Assembly (NCBI GenBank): GCA_965197905.1
Contig: CBDAOB010000005.1
Span: 192,001-256,000, forward strand
DNA from: Candidatus Latescibacterota bacterium
GTDB taxonomy: Bacteria > Latescibacterota > UBA2968 > UBA8231
Length of the DNA stretch: 64,000 bases
Reading direction: 5' to 3'
This document shows positions 21,273 through 30,880 of the stretch, piece after piece (positions within the stretch are counted from its first letter, which is position 1; every line of letters begins with the position of its first letter). Both the position numbers and the translations under genes were made by a program. Below the pieces are notes generated by a model. It was not told the DNA's origin and searched no databases. It saw only the letters and a program-made list of their open reading frames with translations.

Positions 21273-23540
21273 ATGTTTAATTCCGTGCAGACCTGGTTCG
21301 AAGAGAATCTGTTCGCTTCCGCCGACGGGCCCAACCGTCGACCACAACTCTCCGCCCACAATGAAAGCAATATCCCGGGGCTGTTCGTGGTGGGGGATCT
21401 CGCCGGTGCTCCGGTGATCAAGCTGGCGATGGAGCAGGGTTACAACGTCATCGAGCATATCTCCTCCCTCAAGTCTCCCAGCTCCGCTACGGGCGAGGAT
21501 CTGTTGGACGTGCTGGTGGTGGGGGCCGGCGCCGCCGGTCTCAACGCGACCCTCGCCGCCAAGGACAAAGGACTCTCCTGCGTGCTGCTGGAGAAAGCGA
21601 AGATCGCCAATACCATCGAGAACTTCCCCGAAGGAAAGTGGGTCTACGCCGAGCCCGACAAAACGCCGCCGAAGGGCAAGCTGTGGTTGGACGGTGCGCA
21701 AAAGGAAGACCTGATCCATCGCTGGAATCAGATCGTCGAGGAGAACCAGCTGGACGTACGGGTGGAAGAGCCGCTGACGGCGGTCGCCAAGAAGGACGTT
21801 TTTTTCGAGGCGACAACGCCGAAAGAGACCTACCGCGCGCGCTGGATCGTGCTGGCTACCGGTCAGCGGGGCAATCCGCGAAAGCTGGATGTCGACGGTG
21901 AGGAACAGGAGCATGTCTATCACCGGCTTTACAGTCCGAAGGCGTACAAGGACGAAGACATCCTGGTTGTGGGGGGTGGGAACAGCGCTATCGAAGCGGC
22001 CCTGACCCTGTCCGCACAAAACAGGGTCGTGCTCTCCTATCGCAGCGCCGAGTTCTCCCGTCTGTTCAAAGACAATCGGCAGATGCTGGACGAAGCGGTG
22101 GCGGCGGGCAAGATCCGCGTTCTGTTCAGCTCGAACGTACAGCGCTTCGACTCCGACAAGGCGGTGCTGTCGGTAGGTGAAGGAGCCGAAACGGAGTCGA
22201 TTCCGCTACATCACGCCTTCGTGCTGGTCGGCTCGGAGGTCCCGGTCCGCTTCTTGAAAACCCTCGGCATCAAGCTGGAGAACGAGTGGAGCGGCTCGCT
22301 GTCGCGCAGCTTCCTGCTTTCTTTGGTGGCGCTGGCCGGCCTGTGGATCTTCGGCGGACAAACCGGATGGCCGAGCCTCGATCAGGGATCGCTCTCGTGG
22401 GGAGGCGGTGCCGTGGCCCTGGCGGCGGTGGTTGCCTTGATCCAACTCGGTCGCGGCGGCGATCGCTGGGCATGGCTGGGTATCTCGTTCATGGTCTGGT
22501 ATGCCATCTACGGCATCAAGGTGGGCACCGGCGAGGAGTTCTGGCCGTTCAAGAACTGGGGCTACGCCGCCCTTTCGTTCCTCGATCGTCCGTGGAGCTT
22601 TTGGTACACCGTCATCTACACGGTGTTGATGACGGCATTCGGCGTGCAGGCGCTGAAACGCTGGGGCCTGGACCGCAAGGACCGATTTCAGATCTGGCGC
22701 TTCGTCAGCCTGCTGGGGTTTCAATGGCTGTTCTTCTTCGTCATTCCCGAGTTTCTCTTCCAGTGGGCGGTGAACTACCAGTGGGTGGGGGAGCTGGCGA
22801 ACGATCCGGTGTTCGCCGACCAGTCGTGGCGCAGCTACGGCATCGTCTACGCCTGGCCCCTCTTCTTCTACACCTTCTTCTACAATCCTCACCACATCTG
22901 GGTGATATGGGGCGTGCTGCTGACCTTCGGAATCATTCCGCTGTTCGTGCTTTTCAACGGCAAGCGCTACTGCTCCTGGATATGCGGGTGCGGCGGTCTC
23001 GCCGAAACCTTCGGCGATCGCTGGCGCCACCTGGCACCGAAAGGCAAGACCGCCATACGCTGGGAGAAGATGAACCTGGTGATCTTGGTGTTCGCCACGC
23101 TCGTAACGATCGTGATGCTGTCGCGGGATCTGTGGGGACTGTTTGGCGGCGGAACGGCGGACCTCTCCATGGCTGTCTACCGCATCTCGGTCGACGTGTG
23201 GCTCATCGGTATTCTTCCGGTTACGCTTTATCCCTTTCTCGGCGGTAAGGTCTGGTGCCGCTACTGGTGCCCATTGGCCAAACTCATGGACATCATGTCG
23301 AAGATCTACGTGAGGTTTGGCGTCAGCCGCTACCACATCCAGTCGAACGACAAATGCATCTCCTGCTACGAGTGCTCGCGCAACTGCCTCGTGGGCATCG
23401 ACGTGATGTCATACGCCATGAAGCAGGAGACCTTGAACAACAGCAACAGCTCGTGCATCGGTTGTGGAGTCTGCGTCACCGTCTGTCCCATGGACGTTTT
23501 GGTCTTCGAACCGAAACCAAAGCAGCTTGCGGTTTCCTGA
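21273..23540 (+). CDS. FAD/NAD(P)H oxidoreductase fused to a polytopic 4Fe-4S (NapH-like) membrane domain
   Basis: GAGAAG, ATG, GGGNSA; many TM helices; YCSWICGCG and WCRYWCP; CISCYECSRNC and CIGCGVCVTVCP. Confidence 0.85.
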   Translation: MFNSVQTWFEENLFASADGPNRRPQLSAHNESNIPGLFVVGDLAGAPVIKLAMEQGYNVIEHISSLKSPSSATGEDLLDVLVVGAGAAGLNATLAAKDKGLSCVLLEKAKIANTIENFPEGKWVYAEPDKTPPKGKLWLDGAQKEDLIHRWNQIVEENQLDVRVEEPLTAVAKKDVFFEATTPKETYRARWIVLATGQRGNPRKLDVDGEEQEHVYHRLYSPKAYKDEDILVVGGGNSAIEAALTLSAQNRVVLSYRSAEFSRLFKDNRQMLDEAVAAGKIRVLFSSNVQRFDSDKAVLSVGEGAETESIPLHHAFVLVGSEVPVRFLKTLGIKLENEWSGSLSRSFLLSLVALAGLWIFGGQTGWPSLDQGSLSWGGGAVALAAVVALIQLGRGGDRWAWLGISFMVWYAIYGIKVGTGEEFWPFKNWGYAALSFLDRPWSFWYTVIYTVLMTAFGVQALKRWGLDRKDRFQIWRFVSLLGFQWLFFFVIPEFLFQWAVNYQWVGELANDPVFADQSWRSYGIVYAWPLFFYTFFYNPHHIWVIWGVLLTFGIIPLFVLFNGKRYCSWICGCGGLAETFGDRWRHLAPKGKTAIRWEKMNLVILVFATLVTIVMLSRDLWGLFGGGTADLSMAVYRISVDVWLIGILPVTLYPFLGGKVWCRYWCPLAKLMDIMSKIYVRFGVSRYHIQSNDKCISCYECSRNCLVGIDVMSYAMKQETLNNSNSSCIGCGVCVTVCPMDVLVFEPKPKQLAVS

Positions 23541-23724
23541 TATATCCTTGCGTTAGGCGCGTCCCGACGACGTTATTAGAGTGTAGATGCTCGACGCCGG
23601 ACGGCGATTTGTCACCGGACTAGGACAACAACATCTCCCCAGCTCCCCCCAGTTTCTCTTCCAGGAAAACGGCGCCACCCGCGTGGCTGGCTCCAGTAAC
23701 GGACGCAACGATTCTCGAGGATAG

Positions 23725-25356
23725 ATGGCAAAGAGCAAGACCACCAAGGTTTCCAAGGCCAAACGATCGAGTGTGAGCGCGGCCAAGAAACCTGCGCCGT
23801 TGTCAAACGGCCGGGCCAACGCCCAGACCATGGCGACACAGCAGCGCGAGATCTCCATCTCCGAATTCTTCAGTCGCAACCGCCACCTGTTGGGGTTCGA
23901 CAATCCTCGCCGCGCGCTGCTCACCGGAGTCAAAGAGGCGGTAGACAACAGTCTGGACGCCTGCGAAGAAGCGGGCATTCTCCCCGAAATCATGGTGGCG
24001 ATAGAGCAGATCTCCGAGGACCGTTACGTGATGCGGGTACAGGACAACGGTCCTGGCATCGTCAAGAATCAGATTCCCAACATCTTCGGCAAGCTGCTCT
24101 ACGGCTCGAAGTTCCACCGCTTGAAGATGTCCCGCGGACAGCAGGGCATCGGTATCTCCGCCGCCAGCATGTACGGACAGCTCACGACCGGCAAACCGAC
24201 TCGAATCATCTCGCGCACCGGCCCGGGAAAAACGGCCCATCTCTACGAGATCCAGATCGATACGACCCGCAACAAACCGACCATCGTCAGGGATTTGGAG
24301 GAGGAGTGGGATGTGTTGCGGGGAACGGCGGTGGAGATCGAGATGGAAGCGCGGTATCTGCGCGGACGGCAGTCGGTGGACGAGTATCTGCGACAGACCT
24401 CCCTTGCCAACCCCCACTTGAGTTTGATCTACCGGTCGCCAGACGGTCGCGAAATCAAATACGAGAACAGTGCCACCGAGCTTCCTCCGGAGCCGGTAGA
24501 GGTGAAACCTCATCCGCACGGGGTCGAGCTGGGAATGTTGATGAAGATGATGCAGGGATCCAAACATCGGTCCGTGCAGGCTTTTCTGACCCAGGAGTTC
24601 TCGCGCGTGTCCAGCCGCGCGGCCAAGGAGATCTGCGAGCGAGCACAACTGAAACCGAAGGCCAGACCGAAGAGCATCGCTCGCGAAGAGAGTGATCGCC
24701 TGTTCAAGGCGATCAACGACACCAAGCTGATGAAACCACCCACCAACTGCATCGTTCCGATCGGTGAAGAGCTACTGGAGCGCAGTCTGAAACAGAGCGT
24801 GGAGGCGGAGCTCTATGCTAGCGTGGCGCGGCCGCCGGCGGTCTATCGCGGCAATCCGTTCCAGGTAGAGGTGGCGATGGCGTATGGCGGCGATATCGAC
24901 CCGGAAGGTGCGGTCACCTTGATGCGTTTCGCCAACCGCGTGCCGTTGCTGTACCAGCAGGCGGCCTGTGTCATCACCAAGAGTGTGATGGATGTGGACT
25001 GGCGCAACTACCGGATGAGCCAGAGTTCCGGAGCCCTTCCCACGGGGCCGTTGATCATCATCGTACACGTGGGGTCGGTTTGGGTGCCGTTCACCTCGGA
25101 GAGCAAGGAGGCGGTGGCGCACTATCCCGAGCTCGTGCGCGAGATCCGTTTGGGCTTGCAGGAGTGCGGCCGCAAGGTGAGCGATTTTATAGGCCGCGCC
25201 CGACGCGACGCGGAGGCGGCCCGGAAGAAGTCCTACATCCAGCAATACATCGGGCATATCGCCGACGCGTTGCAGGAGCTGAACGGCGACAGCGATCGCC
25301 GCCGCAAAACCGTAGAAACCAACCTGCGTGATCTGTTGGAAAGGAGCCGGTCGTGA
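23725..25356 (+). CDS. top6B: DNA topoisomerase VI subunit B
   Basis: EFFSRNRHLLGF, KEAVDNSLDA, DNGPG, LLYGSKFH..SRGQQGIGIS, KPHPHG, RFANRVPL, VPFTSESKEA. Confidence 0.95.
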   Translation: MAKSKTTKVSKAKRSSVSAAKKPAPLSNGRANAQTMATQQREISISEFFSRNRHLLGFDNPRRALLTGVKEAVDNSLDACEEAGILPEIMVAIEQISEDRYVMRVQDNGPGIVKNQIPNIFGKLLYGSKFHRLKMSRGQQGIGISAASMYGQLTTGKPTRIISRTGPGKTAHLYEIQIDTTRNKPTIVRDLEEEWDVLRGTAVEIEMEARYLRGRQSVDEYLRQTSLANPHLSLIYRSPDGREIKYENSATELPPEPVEVKPHPHGVELGMLMKMMQGSKHRSVQAFLTQEFSRVSSRAAKEICERAQLKPKARPKSIAREESDRLFKAINDTKLMKPPTNCIVPIGEELLERSLKQSVEAELYASVARPPAVYRGNPFQVEVAMAYGGDIDPEGAVTLMRFANRVPLLYQQAACVITKSVMDVDWRNYRMSQSSGALPTGPLIIIVHVGSVWVPFTSESKEAVAHYPELVREIRLGLQECGRKVSDFIGRARRDAEAARKKSYIQQYIGHIADALQELNGDSDRRRKTVETNLRDLLERSRS

Positions 25357-26438
25357 GCAAACTGGTAAAACAGCTGGAGAGGGAAGGCAAACGGATCCGC
25401 GACAAGATTCTCAAACGGCAGAAGCCGGCCATGAAGTTTCCATTGCGGGCCCTGAGCAACGTGCGTTTCGATCCCCGGGCCGGTTACTTCGAGATGGGAC
25501 GCAAAACGAAAGAACGCACGCTAACGGTGTCCACCGTGAAAACCTTCGCGCAGTCATTAAAGATGATCGTACTCTCGAAGATGTTGATCGAGACCGACGA
25601 CATCGCCACCAAGCGCGAAGCGTATTACGTCGCCAAGGGGTGGGATGAGGAGATTCGTTTCGCGGAGCAGGGTGAGTCGGACACTGTGTTGGACGATGTG
25701 GAGGCTCTTTTCCTGGTAAACCGGGAACAGCTGGGTTTCGTACCGGAAGAGAAGGGGGGGGAGGTGGCCGGCAACCTGGTCGTCATCGACAGCGACCGCG
25801 ACACCGGCGAAGAGCTGGAGATCGATTGCACCAAGTTCGGCTCCGGGGCGTATTCGATTCCGATTTCGGTGGAGGATCTGCGCTTTCGCTCAGACGCCAA
25901 ATTCGTTCTGGCGATCGAAACGGCGGGCATGTTTCAGCGGCTGGTCAAGCACAACTACTGGCGCACGGCCGACTGTATCCTCGTTTCCATGGGAGGCGTG
26001 CCCACTCGCGCCACTCGTCGTTTTATCCGCAGGTTGTCGGATGATCTGGATATTCCGGTGTACGCCTTTGTGGACTGCGATCCATACGGCATCTGCAACA
26101 TCTACCGGACCCTGAAGGTGGGCTCCGGCAACGCCGCCCACATCAACGAGTTCTTTTGTGTGCCCAAAGCCCGGTTTCTGGGCGTAACCCCCGACGACAT
26201 CGAATCCTACGGGCTGCCCACCCATAAGATGACCGAGGTGGACATCAAACGGATCGACGACGCTATCAAGAACGATCCGTTCGTGCAGCACTACAAGAAA
26301 TGGCAGCAGGCGTTACTGAAGTTGAAGGAATCGGGCTACCGCGCCGAGCAACAGGCGTTCGCCGTGCACAATCTGAACCATGTGATTTCTACCTACCTCC
26401 CGGAGAAGCTGGAGAACACCCGCGCTTTCCTTCCGTGA
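25353..26438 (+). CDS. top6A: DNA topoisomerase VI subunit A (Spo11-like)
   Basis: TKREAYY (catalytic Tyr), Q.ESD..D, TOPRIM IE..F.RL, GVPTRATRRF, DCDPYG..I; GTGA overlap with top6B. Confidence 0.95.
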   Translation: MSKLVKQLEREGKRIRDKILKRQKPAMKFPLRALSNVRFDPRAGYFEMGRKTKERTLTVSTVKTFAQSLKMIVLSKMLIETDDIATKREAYYVAKGWDEEIRFAEQGESDTVLDDVEALFLVNREQLGFVPEEKGGEVAGNLVVIDSDRDTGEELEIDCTKFGSGAYSIPISVEDLRFRSDAKFVLAIETAGMFQRLVKHNYWRTADCILVSMGGVPTRATRRFIRRLSDDLDIPVYAFVDCDPYGICNIYRTLKVGSGNAAHINEFFCVPKARFLGVTPDDIESYGLPTHKMTEVDIKRIDDAIKNDPFVQHYKKWQQALLKLKESGYRAEQQAFAVHNLNHVISTYLPEKLENTRAFLP

Positions 26439-26496
26439 GCTCGAGGCAGAGGGAGTCGCCCTGAAGCTCGGCGACCGAGGTCGCCAGTCCCGCTTC

Positions 26497-27024
26497 TCAC
26501 CGAGATTCCTCTAGTTCTCGCATGGTTTTGCCGGTGGCGCGTACCAGCTCGTCCTGCATCTTGAGGATGGTGGTGATATTCTCTTCCCTGAGGCGATTCG
26601 CGTTCACCAACCGGCTGCTGAGAATCGCCACGAGGTTTTTCAGCACCCTGATGTAGAGATCAGGATTCACCTCCAGCAGCTTTCCCAGTTCCGCTTTGGT
26701 AATGGCGATCCCTCTGGAGTTTTCGGCGGCGACGATGTCGGCCGAACGCGGCTCGCCGGTGAAAACACCCATCTCGCCGACCGAGGCACCGGGTGTGATC
26801 TCGGCAAGCAGCTCTCCTGTATTGCCGACCACGTTGATGCCTCCGGTAAGGAGAATCAGCATCTCGCGGCTCTGACTGCCCGCCGCGTAGACCTCATCGC
26901 CAGTCTCGAAATCCTTAAAGTGGCAGATCGGGAGCAGGCGTTGGACCTGCTCGGCGGCCAGCCCCTTGAAGAGCTCCAGTTTCTGGATAACTCTTACGAC
27001 CTGGTACTGTTTCTCGTTTACCAT
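26497..27024 (-). CDS. Cyclic-nucleotide-binding domain protein
   Basis: LFKGL, GEMGVFTGEPRSADIVA. Confidence 0.85.
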   Translation of the reverse strand: MVNEKQYQVVRVIQKLELFKGLAAEQVQRLLPICHFKDFETGDEVYAAGSQSREMLILLTGGINVVGNTGELLAEITPGASVGEMGVFTGEPRSADIVAAENSRGIAITKAELGKLLEVNPDLYIRVLKNLVAILSSRLVNANRLREENITTILKMQDELVRATGKTMRELEESR

Positions 27025-27065
27025 AAGTGCTTTGTGTATATGCCGTAGTTCGTGTCGGCAGTCCG

Positions 27066-27731
27066 TTAGTTGCCGAGGAGGATCGCTGCATCGCCCTCCT
27101 CCCGTTGGATACAGAGCAACAGGTCTCCCTCGTCCACCAGAATTTCCACCGGGTCGGCGATCACTTCGTTAGATACGCCGTCCCGAAGGCCGTGGCCGAG
27201 AGCTTCGGAACACAGCGGAAACTTGAGCCCGCTGGTTGTTACACCCTCCACAGGTGCCGACAATGGCGACAGCGAGAGCTTCAGACCGAGCCGGGCGGAG
27301 AAGCGGATTTTATCTCGAATAAGCCGAATTTCGTTGTAGTCGTCCACAATGCGCAACTCCAACCGGGCAGCATAGGTTCTGAGCAACCCGAGGTTCCACA
27401 AGGTGTGGTCGGTACGACCGCCGGTCACGCCGGTAAGCACGGCTGTTTCGACCCTCAGCGCCAGGGCATGATTCAGAACCTTCTGCAGGTCGGTTCCGGT
27501 GTCGTCGGCATCGACGCGAATCAGGCGGACCGGGGAAACGCGCTCCACGACCTCCGGCTTCACTGAATCGAGATCCCCCACCACGAAGTCGGGGATTCGA
27601 CCGCAAGCTACGGCGTAATTCGCACCCCCGTCGGCGCACAACAGCAGGGTATTCTCGGCCGCCAGGCGCAGGAACAGCTGCTTCGATGGAGGAGGTCCGT
27701 TGCCGACGATGAGGGCGGTTGGCTGGCTCAC
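27066..27731 (-). CDS. thiN: Thiamine diphosphokinase
   Basis: CADGGAN, GDLDS, TDLQK, GGRTDH, GLKFPL, GVSN. Confidence 0.92.
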   Translation of the reverse strand: MSQPTALIVGNGPPPSKQLFLRLAAENTLLLCADGGANYAVACGRIPDFVVGDLDSVKPEVVERVSPVRLIRVDADDTGTDLQKVLNHALALRVETAVLTGVTGGRTDHTLWNLGLLRTYAARLELRIVDDYNEIRLIRDKIRFSARLGLKLSLSPLSAPVEGVTTSGLKFPLCSEALGHGLRDGVSNEVIADPVEILVDEGDLLLCIQREEGDAAILLGN

Positions 27732-30076
27732 AGACTGACCCGAAGCGAGAGGAGGAAGTTGCGCTCTGCCGCCGGGATCCAGGTCGGCGTTCCAAAGAAT
27801 AGACCGCCCCAGTTTTCGTATTTGGCATTCAACAGGTTGTTGATTTCGAAGCTGGGTTCGATAACCCTGGCGTCCAGCCGGTGCTGAAGGCGGTATGAGG
27901 TCCTCAGGTTCAGGGTCGAGTAGGCGTCCACCTCGTTTGCGGCACTGTTCTGCAGGTCGAAATAGTAGCTGCCCACGTGGCGCAGGCGCGCTGAAATCCA
28001 GAACCCATGAGCGGAATAGGAGACCCGCAGGTTGGCGAGACGGTTAGGGAAGTTAGGGATTTCGTTTCCCTGCAGGCGGCGCTCCGAAAAGCGCTCGAGG
28101 GTGTTGTCGCTGAAGGCCACGTCGCCGCTAACGGTTACGCGCTCTGTCGGTCTGACGGTGGCGGACAGCTCGATACCTTGATGGGTGGAACGCCCGGCAT
28201 TTCGGTGTTCGAAGCCACCGGTGTTGAGCACCGTGCCGGTCGCGACGATCTCGTCGTCGAAGTCCATGCGGTAGAGGTTGGCTTTGGCCAGAAGCCATGG
28301 TTTCACGTATCCCGCTCCGAGCTCCCAGTTGTTCAGCTTCTCCGCGTCCAATCGCGGATCGCTCAGCGTGTTGTTCGTGGAGTCGTATTTCAAGAATCCC
28401 TGGCGCCGATCCGGGTCGCCAAAAAAGAAGGCGGGATCGAAGATGTTGGTCAACGCCGGTTCACGTCGACCCATCGAAAAGCTGCCGAACAGGTTCATCT
28501 CATCGGTAAGATTGTAGTTGGCTCCCACACGGGGCATGAAGAAGAGATAGTCGAAGTTGCTGATCTCTTCTGCCGCTACTATGCGATCGTCGCCGATCTC
28601 GAAGAAGTGTCCCAACAAGCTGAGATCGGCGTTCAGGCTCAACCGATCGCTGACGCGGTATACCTCCTTGGCGAACAGGCCGGCGGTGATTTTGTCGGCG
28701 TCGTAGTCATAGAGCCGCGGCGAACGCACCGAGCCATCTTCGCTCCCGGCGACTGTCGCCGATCCCAGGACCTCCCCCCAATGGCGGGTGGAATTGGTCC
28801 GCAGCTCGCCACCCGCGGTCAAGGAGCCTCCCTGATGATCCCAGGCCACTCGCGGCAGCCATCCGTAGTGGGAGATATCGAGGTGGTCCAGGCGCACGTG
28901 GTCGGGATTGCTGAAGTCCTGATCCTTGAAGAAACCGTCACCCTTGATGTAATAGAATGTGTTGGTGAGCAGGAGTTGATCCGACGCTTTCCAGGTGTGC
29001 CTCAACTGATAGTGGGGTTGGGTGAAATCGTCCTTTGCTTCTTCGTAGGGGCTGAACGGATTGGCGCGCCGATTCGCTGCCAGCTGCTCCTTCGTGGCGC
29101 CGAAGAAAGCGAAGTGGGTCTTTTCGTTGCCGCCGAAGAAGTCGAAACGCAAGGTGCTGTCGCGGCCGTGACGGACCGCCCCAAAATAGTACGAGCGGAG
29201 ATCGGACCAGGATTGGTCCCGGTAACCATCGCTGGTTACCCGGGATAGACGTGCGTACATCTGGTAGCGCTCACCCACCCATCCCGAATTGAACTCAGCG
29301 GAAAATTTTCTCGTGTCGTAGCTGCCCAAAACGCTGGAGACGGAAATCCCCGCGACCTGATTGAAGGTGCCGGTGACTAGGTTTACCGATCCGCCGATTG
29401 CGGAGGCACCGTAGACCGAGCTGCCGACTCCCCGCTGCACCTGGATGTCCTCCACCGATTCCATCAGGTCGGGCATGTTCACCCAGTAGACCTGGTGGGT
29501 CTCCGGATCGTTCAGCGGCACGCCGTTGATCATCACCGCGATTCGCTCCTGTTGGAAGCCGCGTATGCTCAGATAGGAGTAGCCAATGCCGTTCCCCGCC
29601 AGCGACCAGGTGTGCACATTGGGGACCTCGCTCAGCATCGTGGGCACGTCAGCCGTCGTCAGCGTACGCTCTATGTGGCCGCGATCGATGTTGGTGAAGG
29701 CGACGGGGGTCTCGCGTTCCCGTGCCCGGGTCGCCAGCACCGTCACCGTCTTCGTTTGCAACACGGTCGGGGTGAGGACTATGTCGACCGGGGTAGCGAT
29801 GTCCGAAACAGCAATCCGTTTTTGCGGCAGGTAGCCGATGCGGCTCGCGCTGAGCTGGTAGTCGCCCGGGGTGAGACTCTCGATCCGGTACTCGCCGTTG
29901 GCATCGGAGATGGCACCATGAGCGGTGTCCTCGATGCGAAGGTTCACCCCTTCCAGGGGTTGGCCGCTACGGGCATCGACGACGCGGCCGGAGAGGGTGT
30001 GCTGGGCGTCGGCTGTCTGAACGAATACGGCAACAAGCAAAGTTAGAGTGACGAGCGCGTGCATTCGAAGCTCCAT
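27728..30076 (-). CDS. TonB-dependent receptor, probable thiamine transporter
   Basis: Plug GNGIGYSYLSIRG..NGVPLNDPE..VYWVNMPD, QRGVGSS; under a TPP riboswitch and overlapping thiN. Confidence 0.88.
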   Translation of the reverse strand: MELRMHALVTLTLLVAVFVQTADAQHTLSGRVVDARSGQPLEGVNLRIEDTAHGAISDANGEYRIESLTPGDYQLSASRIGYLPQKRIAVSDIATPVDIVLTPTVLQTKTVTVLATRARERETPVAFTNIDRGHIERTLTTADVPTMLSEVPNVHTWSLAGNGIGYSYLSIRGFQQERIAVMINGVPLNDPETHQVYWVNMPDLMESVEDIQVQRGVGSSVYGASAIGGSVNLVTGTFNQVAGISVSSVLGSYDTRKFSAEFNSGWVGERYQMYARLSRVTSDGYRDQSWSDLRSYYFGAVRHGRDSTLRFDFFGGNEKTHFAFFGATKEQLAANRRANPFSPYEEAKDDFTQPHYQLRHTWKASDQLLLTNTFYYIKGDGFFKDQDFSNPDHVRLDHLDISHYGWLPRVAWDHQGGSLTAGGELRTNSTRHWGEVLGSATVAGSEDGSVRSPRLYDYDADKITAGLFAKEVYRVSDRLSLNADLSLLGHFFEIGDDRIVAAEEISNFDYLFFMPRVGANYNLTDEMNLFGSFSMGRREPALTNIFDPAFFFGDPDRRQGFLKYDSTNNTLSDPRLDAEKLNNWELGAGYVKPWLLAKANLYRMDFDDEIVATGTVLNTGGFEHRNAGRSTHQGIELSATVRPTERVTVSGDVAFSDNTLERFSERRLQGNEIPNFPNRLANLRVSYSAHGFWISARLRHVGSYYFDLQNSAANEVDAYSTLNLRTSYRLQHRLDARVIEPSFEINNLLNAKYENWGGLFFGTPTWIPAAERNFLLSLRVSL

Positions 30077-30077
30077 C

Positions 30078-30112
30078 AAAAAAGCCGTTTCCTCGGCTGA
30101 GAGAAAACGGCT
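30078..30112 (-). terminator. Riboswitch expression-platform hairpin with U-tract, overlapping the RBS
   Basis: Minus strand AGCCGTTTTCTC-loop-GAGGAAACGGCT-TTTTT directly before GATG. Confidence 0.7.
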
Positions 30113-30135
30113 CCACGAACAACGCTTGTTGCGGA

Positions 30136-30220
30136 TTCCGTTTTCCCTACGCTGGCATGATCCAGTTCAGGTTCGAAGGGTTTGTTCTCTCAGGCTCTTA
30201 ACGAGCCGCCCCTAACGGAT
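30136..30220 (-). ncRNA. TPP riboswitch
   Basis: Minus strand TAGGGG..CTGAGA..ACCCTTCGAACCTGAACTGGATCATGCCAGCGTAGGGAA; P1 TCCGTT/AACGGA. Confidence 0.93.
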
Positions 30221-30282
30221 ACCAATCTTCAGGAATATAGCGTGCTCAGGACGGCGAGGCAACGGCTGGGGAGGTCGCGGGA

Positions 30283-30870
30283 TCAAAGCGTGAAGAGGAG
30301 CAGGGCGAAAAGCGCGACCCAAACCACGTCAAGGAAGTGCCAGTAGATGGCGCACAGGTGTATGGAGGGCTGAAGGTGGCGACCGACGCCGCTACGCCAG
30401 GTGCTGGCAAACAGCCATCCCAGGGGCAGCATACCCCCCAGCACATGGGCGGCGTGGATGCCGATCACGGCGAAGCTTATGCCGTAGAGGTTGAACGAGT
30501 GTTGGGCGAGGGATGCCCTGTGGATGCCGAGGAACGCCACGAGGGACGGGGTCTGAATGCCGACAAAGAGAACGCTCAACACGAAGGTGGCTCCCAAATA
30601 GCGCCGCAACCAAGCATTCTCGTTGTTGCGCGCATGGCGGTTGGCCTGATGGATCGTCCAGCCGGAGGCGAGCAGCACCGCGGTGGAGACCCACAGGCCG
30701 CTGGGTAGTGCGATCTCCTCAGCTGGCTCAGGGACGTGGACCTGTGCCCGAATGATCAGGTAGCCGACCACGCCGGCGATGAACAGGACGCTCAGGGAGG
30801 CGAGGAACAGCCCCATGCCGAAGCGAACCATCGGGTTGAGGCCGGGAAGCTGTTGCGGAGACGATTCCAA
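30283..30870 (-). CDS. Heme-copper oxidase subunit III family protein
   Basis: GMGLFLASLSVLF, STAVLLASG, GIHAAHVLGG, YWHFLDVVW. Confidence 0.88.
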   Translation of the reverse strand: MESSPQQLPGLNPMVRFGMGLFLASLSVLFIAGVVGYLIIRAQVHVPEPAEEIALPSGLWVSTAVLLASGWTIHQANRHARNNENAWLRRYLGATFVLSVLFVGIQTPSLVAFLGIHRASLAQHSFNLYGISFAVIGIHAAHVLGGMLPLGWLFASTWRSGVGRHLQPSIHLCAIYWHFLDVVWVALFALLLFTL

Positions 30871-30880
30871 CGCGGGTTTC

